NCBI GenBank assembly: GCA_963618945.1
Contig: CAVETY010000007.1
Coordinates: 4,486-68,485 of the forward strand
Length of the DNA stretch: 64,000 nucleotides
Direction: 5' to 3'
DNA from: Bacteroidaceae bacterium
GTDB lineage: Bacteria > Bacteroidota > Bacteroidia > Bacteroidales > Marinilabiliaceae
Shown: positions 54,917 to 64,000 of the stretch, piece after piece
Layout of the letters: the number at the start of each line of letters is the position of its first letter
How positions within the stretch are numbered: the first letter of the stretch is position 1
Notes under the pieces: model-generated
Seen by the model: only the letters and a program-made list of their open reading frames with translations
The model's database searches: none
Told to the model about the DNA's origin: nothing
Program-made: the position numbers and the translations under genes

Positions 54917-56713
54917 TTAATCGTTCTTCTTCTCAGCAGCCTCGAGCTTACCCTTGAGAGCAGCGAGGTTGGTGATATCACCGAGGGTGGTAACCTCCTT
55001 AGCCTCAACCTGCTTGCGAACAGCAGAGCCGCTGTTTGAAGTGGTCTTCTTGGCGCGGGGCTTACGCTCCTTGTCCTCACCCTTAGCCTCCTCGAAAGTA
55101 CGAGAGTGCGAAACGATGATGCGCTTCTGGTTCTTGTTGAACTCGATGACCTTGAAGGGGAGCTTCTCGTCAACCTTAGCCTGAGTACCATCCTGCTTGA
55201 TGAGGTGGCGAGGAGTTGCGAAGCCCTCTACGCCGTAGGGAAGAGCGACGATTGCACCCTTGTCTACCATCTCGGTGATGGTGCCCTCATGGACAGAACC
55301 GATAGTGAAGATGGTCTCGAAGACATCCCAAGGATTCTCCTCGAGCTGCTTGTGACCGAGGCTGAGGCGGCGGCTCTCCTTGTCGATGTCGAGAACAACG
55401 ACGTCGATGTTAGCGCCAACCTGAGTGAACTCGCTGGGGTGCTTGATCTTCTTGGTCCAAGAGAGGTCAGAGATATGGATGAGGCCATCGATACCCTCCT
55501 CGAGCTCAGCGAAGATGCCGAAGCTGGTGAAGTTGCGAACAACTGCAGTGTGCTTAGAGTTGATGGGGTACTTCTCCTCGATGTTGGTCCAAGGATCGGG
55601 ATGAAGCTGCTTGATGCCGAGAGACATCTTGCGCTCCTCGCGATCGAGGGTGAGAACCTGAGCCTCAACCTCGTCACCGACCTTGAGGAAGTCCTGAGCG
55701 CTGCGGAGGTGCTGAGACCAAGACATCTCAGAAACGTGGATGAGACCCTCAACACCGGGAGCGATCTCAACAAACGCACCGTAATCAGCCATGACGACAA
55801 CCTTACCCTTAACACGATCGCCAACCTTGAGGTTTGCGTCGAGGGCATCCCAAGGATGAGGAGTAAGCTGCTTGAGACCGAGGGCGATACGCTTCTTCTC
55901 GTTGTCGAAATCAAGGATAACGACATTGATCTTCTGATCGAGAGAAACGACCTCCTCAGGATGAGAGATACGACCCCAAGAGAGGTCGGTAATGTGGATG
56001 AGACCATCGACACCACCGAGGTCGACGAATACGCCGTAAGAGGTGATGTTCTTGACGGTACCCTCGAGGACCTGACCCTTCTCGAGCTTGGAGATAATCT
56101 CCTTCTTCTGCTGCTCGAGCTCGGCCTCGATGAGAGCCTTGTGAGAGACGACTACATTGCGGAACTCAGCGTTGATCTTAACGACCTTGAACTCCATAGT
56201 CTTGCCTACGAAGATATCGTAGTCACGGATAGGCTTAACGTCAATCTGCGAACCGGGGAGGAATGCCTCGATGCCGAAGACGTCAACAATCATACCACCC
56301 TTGGTACGGCACTTGATGTAACCCTTAACGACCTCGTCGTTCTCGAGAGCTGCATTGATGCTGTCCCATGCACGGATGGCGCGTGCTTTCTTGTGAGAGA
56401 GCTCAAGCTGACCATTCTTGTCCTCTTGATTCTCTACGTAAACCTCTACCTTGTCACCGACCTTGAGATCGGGATTGTAGCGGAACTCGTTACGGCTTAC
56501 GATACCGTCTGACTTGAAGCCGACATTAACGACGACCTCGCGCTTGTTGAGAGAGATTACGACGCCATCAACGACGTCCTTCTCCTTGAGCGTAGAGAGA
56601 GTCTTGTCATACTCAGCCTCTTGCTGAGCCTTCTCTGCTGCGCTGGTGGCGATACCACCATTCTCAAGAGCGTCCCAATCGAAATTCTCGACGCCCTGCT
56701 GGATTTCACTCAT
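54917..56713 (-). CDS. rpsA: 30S ribosomal protein S1
   Basis: 598 aa containing six S1 (OB-fold) repeats (GxVxxxxxxGxFVxL pattern). Confidence 0.97.
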   Translation of the reverse strand: MSEIQQGVENFDWDALENGGIATSAAEKAQQEAEYDKTLSTLKEKDVVDGVVISLNKREVVVNVGFKSDGIVSRNEFRYNPDLKVGDKVEVYVENQEDKNGQLELSHKKARAIRAWDSINAALENDEVVKGYIKCRTKGGMIVDVFGIEAFLPGSQIDVKPIRDYDIFVGKTMEFKVVKINAEFRNVVVSHKALIEAELEQQKKEIISKLEKGQVLEGTVKNITSYGVFVDLGGVDGLIHITDLSWGRISHPEEVVSLDQKINVVILDFDNEKKRIALGLKQLTPHPWDALDANLKVGDRVKGKVVVMADYGAFVEIAPGVEGLIHVSEMSWSQHLRSAQDFLKVGDEVEAQVLTLDREERKMSLGIKQLHPDPWTNIEEKYPINSKHTAVVRNFTSFGIFAELEEGIDGLIHISDLSWTKKIKHPSEFTQVGANIDVVVLDIDKESRRLSLGHKQLEENPWDVFETIFTIGSVHEGTITEMVDKGAIVALPYGVEGFATPRHLIKQDGTQAKVDEKLPFKVIEFNKNQKRIIVSHSRTFEEAKGEDKERKPRAKKTTSNSGSAVRKQVEAKEVTTLGDITNLAALKGKLEAAEKKND

Positions 56714-56842
56714 CTTAAAAAGATTAACTAATTAGTTGTTAGACTTTATGTATTGAATAAATCGGGTGCGAAGTTATGAAAAGCTTTCCACTTATCAAGC
56801 CTAAGCCCCACATTTTTAGTAATATTTTTCAGAATATCAAGC

Positions 56843-56873
56843 AAAAAGCCTCCCAGGCGTATGCCCGGGAGGC
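56843..56873 (-). terminator. Rho-independent terminator after yidC
   Basis: Stem gcctccc / gggaggc, followed on the minus strand by TTTTT. Confidence 0.65.
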
Positions 56874-56900
56874 CTATCCATTGATTTGCTCAATCAACAA

Positions 56901-58763
56901 TTATTTTCGGCCATTCTGTCGATTTTGCTGCTCGAGTTCTTTCATCTTCTTCTCATAGTACTGCTGGAAACGACCCTTCTTGACGGGCTTCTTCTGGTTT
57001 TTCTCGATTTGGGCAAGAATTGCCTTCTCGTCGATAAAGAACGCCTTGATTAAAGTCGTCTGCAATACAGTGATGAGGGTAGAGAGGAAATAATAGTAGC
57101 AGAGGCCAGCCGGGTAATCATTGAAGAAGAAGAGCAGCATGATGGGCATAAGGTACATCATGAAACTCATACCAGGCATCGAGGAAGTGTTCTGACTCTG
57201 CATAGTAAACTTGGTGTAAATCACCTGAGTTACGCACATAAGGAGACAGAACAGGCTGACATGGTCTCCATAGAAAGGAATGGAGAACGGGAGATTCAGA
57301 ATTGAGTCATACGTAGAGAGGTCACTCGCCCAAGCGAAAGACTGACCACGCAACTCGATTGCGGCAGGGAAGAAACGGAATGCCGCAAACAAGATAGGCA
57401 TCTGGAGAAGCATAGGCAAGCAACCACCCATGGGGTTAATTCCCGCCCTCTTGTAGAGGTTCATCGTAGCCTGCTGGCGCTCCATGGCTTTCTCCGCCGG
57501 ATACTTCTTGTTTATCTCGTCAATCTGCGGCTTGAGGACACGCATCTTTGCCTGGGACTTGAACGAGGAGAAAGTGAACGGGAAAAGAATGAGCTTGATT
57601 ATGATGGTGAGAACCAAGATAATCACTCCATAGTTAGAGAATACCAGCTCAAGATTCTTGAAGAGAGGTATGATGAAGTACTCATTAATCCAACGGAATA
57701 TGCCCAAGCTAAGCGGCAGAAGCTTCGTGAACTGCATATCCGCATAGCTATCCAACGTATAGAAGTAGTTGGGCAGGAAGAGGAAAGTGAATTGTGCATT
57801 CGCCGCTGAACGGAAATCATATTTGACGCCGAGAACGGACGAAGCCTTCTTGATGAAGCCGTCACCTTCCGCAGTGCCAGCCTCTGATTTCACAGTAACA
57901 CCAGCGAAGTCATCCTTTGCGAGGAAAATACTGCTGAAATACTGATTCTTATAGGCGACCCAGTCAACACTCATGTTCTCCTCAGCATTGTCATTGCCAG
58001 ACGCACTGAGTTCCTCCACGTCACCATCAGAATAACGGTAGCACACATTGCTCCACATGCTCTCAGCCTTACGCCCCTTCTCTTGCTCGGGCATCTCAGC
58101 CGCCCAAGTCAAATCAATATTCGCCCTTGGGGTAGATACCTTGTCGGCAAGTTTATCTGAAGAGATTTCAAAACCTACCTCATAAAGGCCGTTCGTAAGG
58201 GTATAAGCATACTCCAAGAAGCCGTCACCTATGTTAAGACGGAAAACGACACTCTGGGTAGAGTCATTAACCTGTTTAACTCCGTCACAAGAGAAGAACA
58301 AGTCGTTGGTGTTATATACCCTATTATTGTGGATGAAAGGGAAACCGAAATTGGTGGCAGACTCATTTCCATACATCAAGAGGACCGAATCAGCAAAGCT
58401 CTCGTAGCCCTTCATCTCAACGTTTGCGATTTTTCCGCCTTGCGTTGAAAGACTTACTTTCAGCAGGTCATTCTCAAGAGTCACATACTGTTTTTGTCCC
58501 TCAACAGCATCAGCCATCAGGCCGTATTTTTGCGTACGCAAAATAGCTTTCGCTGTATCAGAGAGGGCAACAGTATCCTCTGCGGATGACTGAAGCGCAC
58601 GAACTTGCGCAAGACTGTCTTGACGGAGTTGCTGCACAGAAGCGAGAGAATCGTAGTACCTCTGCCATTGCTCACGCTGTTCCTCTGACGGCTTATTCAG
58701 CCACCAGAAGATAACGAGGATACCGAAGCACAGGGCGAGACCTATGTTGGTTTTCTTGTCCAT
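56901..58763 (-). CDS. yidC: Membrane protein insertase YidC
   Basis: N-terminal anchor, a large periplasmic P1 domain, the conserved 5-TM core (NPMGGCLPMLLQMPILFA) and a basic C-terminal tail. Confidence 0.95.
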   Translation of the reverse strand: MDKKTNIGLALCFGILVIFWWLNKPSEEQREQWQRYYDSLASVQQLRQDSLAQVRALQSSAEDTVALSDTAKAILRTQKYGLMADAVEGQKQYVTLENDLLKVSLSTQGGKIANVEMKGYESFADSVLLMYGNESATNFGFPFIHNNRVYNTNDLFFSCDGVKQVNDSTQSVVFRLNIGDGFLEYAYTLTNGLYEVGFEISSDKLADKVSTPRANIDLTWAAEMPEQEKGRKAESMWSNVCYRYSDGDVEELSASGNDNAEENMSVDWVAYKNQYFSSIFLAKDDFAGVTVKSEAGTAEGDGFIKKASSVLGVKYDFRSAANAQFTFLFLPNYFYTLDSYADMQFTKLLPLSLGIFRWINEYFIIPLFKNLELVFSNYGVIILVLTIIIKLILFPFTFSSFKSQAKMRVLKPQIDEINKKYPAEKAMERQQATMNLYKRAGINPMGGCLPMLLQMPILFAAFRFFPAAIELRGQSFAWASDLSTYDSILNLPFSIPFYGDHVSLFCLLMCVTQVIYTKFTMQSQNTSSMPGMSFMMYLMPIMLLFFFNDYPAGLCYYYFLSTLITVLQTTLIKAFFIDEKAILAQIEKNQKKPVKKGRFQQYYEKKMKELEQQNRQNGRK

Positions 58764-58784
58764 TGTGTATGTTAGTTGTCTATG

Positions 58785-60413
<1,629 letters not shown>

Positions 60414-60447
60414 TTAATAGTGCATGATTTATGCACAACACGGGATG

Positions 60448-60455
60448 CAAATTTA
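60448..60455 (-). promoter_or_regulatory. -7 promoter box (TAAATTTG on minus strand) upstream of pyrG
   Basis: Exact TAnnTTTG match, 62 nt upstream of the pyrG start. Confidence 0.4.
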
Positions 60456-60525
60456 CTAATAACTTCGGAACAAACCCCCAACTTTGGCTTTTTATAGTTT
60501 ATTAAGAAGAAACGCACAATCCCAA

Positions 60526-61026
60526 CTATAAAAAGGAAGAGCGCAGGACAACAGCGGATCTTGCTGAAACATCTCGCCATCGCTCAACATCGAAACCAAG
60601 GACAAGTACACCCGACGTTGGGAAAGCCACGGGGAGAGGCTCCGACATCAAAGCATCAGCCCTGTAGGACAAATCGGGGTTATGTCCGACACATAGTAGA
60701 CAATCCGTATTTGCCGAGCCAAATTCTTCTGCGACCGCCGCCAAATTGTCAACAAGTACTTGAGTTGTATAAGACTGGTACAAAAATGGCAGACGCCGAA
60801 CTGCGCTCCCCGCAACATTAAGAGTCGAAAGCACAGAATCTACAGTCTCAAGAGCACGTTTGGCATCAGAACAGAGCGTGACATCGGGCGCAATCCCCCA
60901 CCCCGCCAAAAGTTTTGCGGCATATTGGGCCTGCGAAACGCCACGTGCGGTCAACCTCCTTTCATGATCATCACAATCAGACGAAAGTTGCGCCTCCGCA
61001 TGGCGCATGAGGATGAGAGTCAGCAC
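60526..61026 (-). CDS. sixA: Phosphohistidine phosphatase SixA-like (histidine phosphatase superfamily)
   Basis: LILMRHAEA (RHG-type motif) ... RLTARG ... VGHNP. GTG start. Confidence 0.75.
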   Translation of the reverse strand: MLTLILMRHAEAQLSSDCDDHERRLTARGVSQAQYAAKLLAGWGIAPDVTLCSDAKRALETVDSVLSTLNVAGSAVRRLPFLYQSYTTQVLVDNLAAVAEEFGSANTDCLLCVGHNPDLSYRADALMSEPLPVAFPTSGVLVLGFDVERWRDVSARSAVVLRSSFL

Positions 61027-61032
61027 GCCGCC

Positions 61033-62838
61033 TTAGAATTTATATGTTATACCAGCCATAGCGTTAAGCCTGTACGACGAGTAGCCGAGCCAACGCTGCT
61101 GATCGGCACAGCAAATGTTGTTGATATCCAAGAAGGCAGTCCAACGATTTGATATATAATAATTGGCACCTACATTCAAATCGGCAAAGGCCTTAAGGTT
61201 AACAGCGGAGCGTAGTGTCGGATCATAAGCTTTACGTTTGCCTACGACATTAAGAGAGGCCTTCACCTGCAGTCGTTCTACGGGCTTAAACTTTCCAGCA
61301 AGAGTGAACTCGCAAGAGGGCCTATTCCACGCCTCCTCAATATAGTCCATACTATACTTGAAATACGTGGCGGCAATTCTCACATTGCTGTTTTTAGTGG
61401 GATTGACATTCAACTCTCCATGCAAACGCACGAGCTTTCCATCATCCTGGACAATCGCGAACTGACTGCTATGGGCAAACTGGGTCGTGTCTGCGGCAAG
61501 AGCGAAGTTTCGGTTGACAAAGAAAACTTCATCACCCAAAGATCGGAAATCGAACCCGATATGCAACTGGACAAGATTGCTGAAAGAAGCCCTTGCACCT
61601 ATCTTAAAGAGAATGGGACTCTGTGACGGCCTAAGCTCATCGCGAAGAACAAACCTCTCCGCAGACTTTGACCATACATATTTGCGGCAATCAGGAGACA
61701 GATATCTGTTAGTCTCAGCAAGATGCCTATAACTGTTGGCGGTAAAATCGCCAGTCATCCCGGCATAGAAACGGACAGAGCCATCGCCAATAAAGAAATC
61801 AGCATTAAGATCAGGCTGAACGATAAAGTCATCCTTTGTGTAATCGTCTCCGATAACCGGAATCATGCGGAGTCCGAGACGCAACTTCATATAGTCATAC
61901 TCAAGTAAGAAATGGGGATAGACACGAATATCAATGCCCCTACGCTGCAAAAAGAGACAAGAGGGAACAGAATCACCCTCATGAACCTTGAAAGCGTTAA
62001 CCGCAAGGTCAACATCCAAGCCAGCCGCACTCTTGACAGGGAAACGGAGGGCACCACCGAAACGAATATCAGTCTCGTGGACACCACTCTTATTTCCAAA
62101 GAAACCTACACCTGCGGATGCGGCAAACGTAAACTTATTGAGAGGATCTACCATTGCGTTCCCGACAAAGAAATCGACGTCAGCAACAGTCATTCGTTGT
62201 TTCTCTTCGCCAGCCAAATCAGCCCCCGACAGCTCAATGCCATCCTCTGAAACATACATCAACGTATCATTCAGAGTATTAAGGCCATAATACCTGTAAG
62301 CAGAGTTTTTGAATGCGAAATTGAAACCGAACCTTACATTCTGGCGGAACCTGTGAAAGTTAATATTGGCCCAGGTATCATTCTGCGGAGCATCCGCCTT
62401 AGTGCCGTCAGTCAGCTTAGCTTTTCCAAGTTGGGCAAGATGCCCAGCATTAAAAGACAAGTGATAACGCTCGGACGCGCCGAGATTATAAGTTATCTGC
62501 CCCAAGAAAGATGGCAGGGTTCCGACCCCGGCTTGCAACAAAGCACGGTATGGGCTCTCATACTCAGGGAAAGTCATACTGGCGGCCGAAAGAGTGTCAG
62601 GCTTCGTCGTCACAGTCTCAACCCTATTGAGCAGCTGGTATTTAAAAGAGTCGTTATATGAGATTGTGTCATCCATCACTGGAGCCACAGTCAGCTTTTT
62701 AGCCTTACGAAGAGTTGGCTGATAAGCATTAACCACATCTACGGACCTGTCAAGAGCAGAGTCATCTTGAGCGTAAACCGAGCCCGACGACAAAGCCAAA
62801 ACGACAGAAGCTAATGCGTAGAGAGCTATATTTTTCAT
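61033..62838 (-). CDS. Putative porin / large outer-membrane beta-barrel (Porin_10-like)
   Basis: Signal peptide MKNIALYALASVVLALSSGSVYA, beta-rich sequence and a terminal GITYKF beta-signal. It lies immediately downstream of a large TPR gene. Start at ATG 62836-62838. Confidence 0.65.
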   Translation of the reverse strand: MKNIALYALASVVLALSSGSVYAQDDSALDRSVDVVNAYQPTLRKAKKLTVAPVMDDTISYNDSFKYQLLNRVETVTTKPDTLSAASMTFPEYESPYRALLQAGVGTLPSFLGQITYNLGASERYHLSFNAGHLAQLGKAKLTDGTKADAPQNDTWANINFHRFRQNVRFGFNFAFKNSAYRYYGLNTLNDTLMYVSEDGIELSGADLAGEEKQRMTVADVDFFVGNAMVDPLNKFTFAASAGVGFFGNKSGVHETDIRFGGALRFPVKSAAGLDVDLAVNAFKVHEGDSVPSCLFLQRRGIDIRVYPHFLLEYDYMKLRLGLRMIPVIGDDYTKDDFIVQPDLNADFFIGDGSVRFYAGMTGDFTANSYRHLAETNRYLSPDCRKYVWSKSAERFVLRDELRPSQSPILFKIGARASFSNLVQLHIGFDFRSLGDEVFFVNRNFALAADTTQFAHSSQFAIVQDDGKLVRLHGELNVNPTKNSNVRIAATYFKYSMDYIEEAWNRPSCEFTLAGKFKPVERLQVKASLNVVGKRKAYDPTLRSAVNLKAFADLNVGANYYISNRWTAFLDINNICCADQQRWLGYSSYRLNAMAGITYKF

Positions 62839-62874
62839 TTTTATATTGCTCACGTGAGTTATTGAATACAAGAA

Positions 62875-64000
62875 TTAATACGAGCCGACAGTGGATTCCA
62901 CCGCGTTTTCATCAGAGACATTCCACTTGGACATACGCTCAGCGATATCGGATGCAATGTCGTCATCTGCAGAATAGCTGTCCTTCAGAGTCTGAAGATA
63001 TTGCACTGCCTGGAAATCGTCGCCCTTGACATGGTATATGTCCGCAAGGAGGACAAAACTCTTTGCTAACCAATACTGGTGGGGCGTACCCTTCTCAACA
63101 TAGTCGAAGACCTCCTTCTCGGCCGCATCAAGGTTACTATTGTCATAATAATCCTTGGCAATGAGATACTTGGCCTCAGCACCCTCAGTGGTTTTAGTGC
63201 TTTCAGCAAGCAGACGAAGTGTTGGGACCGCTTCCGATGTTTTACCGAGAGAGATAAGCGACTTAGCCTTCAGGTATTGCGCCTCGCGGACAATAGCAGG
63301 CGTAGCGTGCGGCATGCCAATAACCTTGTCGGCGTAGGAGACGCAAAGACTCAAATCGCCCTGTTGTCTCATGCAACGCATCTGGCCGATGATAGCCTCA
63401 ACCTTGTTCGACTCAACTTCGGCCTCAACCTCAAGGCGTTTGAACATGTCAAGAGCCGCAGCATATTCACCACTCTTGTAGAGCAATTCGCCAGAACGGA
63501 GAAGAGCCTCCTCAGTGTAGATACTTCTTGGCTGGGATGCGACAGCCTGATAGAGCGAAAGCGCTTGCTCGAACTCCTTGTCGGAGTAGCAGCAGGCAGC
63601 AAGGTTGTAATTTGCTGGAGTGACGTAACGACCCGTCGGGAACGTGTCGAGATAACGTTTAAACGCAGTCTTGGCCTCAGCGGTCTTTCCATTGAGATAG
63701 AGGTTAGACGCGCTAACATAAAGTAGGGAGTCCCTTTCACTCTCACCGACATGCGCAAAAGAGCCAAGAGTTGACGTGTATGCGATATATCCGTCATAAT
63801 CACCACGCTCCATGTATACGTTACGCAAACCAGAAAGTGCGTCAGCAGCCTCAGGGGTTGACGGGTACTCATTTATGACCCTCTTGTAGAAAGCCATAGA
63901 GTTGTCAAACTCGTTATTGTTGTAATAGAGCAAACCGAGCTGAAGCATCGCCTGCGAAGCCAAACTGCCCTTAGGGTAACGCTCCTTGACAATCTTGTAG
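62875..64000 (-). CDS. Large tetratricopeptide-repeat protein, C-terminal part (gene continues beyond the right edge)
   Basis: Repeated TPR pairs. The frame stays open past the TTG at 63963 to the window end (...YKIVKERYPKGSLASQAMLQLG). Confidence 0.75.
   Translation of the reverse strand, partial: YKIVKERYPKGSLASQAMLQLGLLYYNNNEFDNSMAFYKRVINEYPSTPEAADALSGLRNVYMERGDYDGYIAYTSTLGSFAHVGESERDSLLYVSASNLYLNGKTAEAKTAFKRYLDTFPTGRYVTPANYNLAACCYSDKEFEQALSLYQAVASQPRSIYTEEALLRSGELLYKSGEYAAALDMFKRLEVEAEVESNKVEAIIGQMRCMRQQGDLSLCVSYADKVIGMPHATPAIVREAQYLKAKSLISLGKTSEAVPTLRLLAESTKTTEGAEAKYLIAKDYYDNSNLDAAEKEVFDYVEKGTPHQYWLAKSFVLLADIYHVKGDDFQAVQYLQTLKDSYSADDDIASDIAERMSKWNVSDENAVESTVGSY

Noticed and set aside
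55106-56512. 468-aa plus-strand ORF antisense to rpsA, and a 250-aa alternative minus-frame ORF at 55264-56016
   Set aside because: Both overlap the S1 gene completely. Their repetitive Leu/Asp/Glu or Ser/Arg composition mirrors the S1 repeats. They are shadow ORFs.

Overview
This 64-kb window is a chromosomal segment with Bacteroidota (Bacteroidales-type) hallmarks. These include exact TAnnTTTG -7 promoter boxes 20-70 nt upstream of many starts, a GldB homologue, BamD, a long YidC, an RRM-type RNA-binding protein, DUF5606 and a Porin_10-like barrel next to a giant TPR protein. The taxonomic call is inference only, since no search could be run. Most of the window is densely packed housekeeping. 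It contains lgt, secA, prs, a cyclophilin, dus, rsmE, ftsY, rimO, rarA, yggS, pepF, gyrA, rplI-rpsR-rpsF, dapF, ftsE, mltG, smpB, rpoZ, bamD, rnz, rpsA, yidC, pyrG and sixA. There are three tRNA genes: Leu-CAG and a tandem pair of identical Asp-GTC genes. I found no rRNA, no CRISPR array and no intact mobile element. Transcription runs leftward for 1-12980, rightward for 13405-26214, and mostly leftward for 26506-64000. Two gene clusters stand out as candidate undescribed systems. (1) 10199-12732 is a three-gene operon: a YecH-like HxH/CxH metal-binding protein, a HycE/NuoCD-like large subunit and a HycG/NuoB-like small subunit. The NiFe-ligand cysteines and three of the four proximal Fe-S ligands are substituted. 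No membrane subunit, Hyp gene or protease gene is nearby. (2) 41118-44151 encodes a NapH-NapG fusion polyferredoxin with an internal Tat-like segment, followed by a Tat-signal lipoprotein aldo/keto reductase carrying its own Fe-S domain. This suggests a quinol-fed periplasmic AKR. Smaller observations are an unlisted 56-aa Cys-rich membrane ORF, a decayed Fic gene in an AT-rich islet, a degenerate cyclase-HD fusion and a patatin-barrel protein. All motif alignments were done by eye against remembered family signatures and need HMM/BLAST confirmation.
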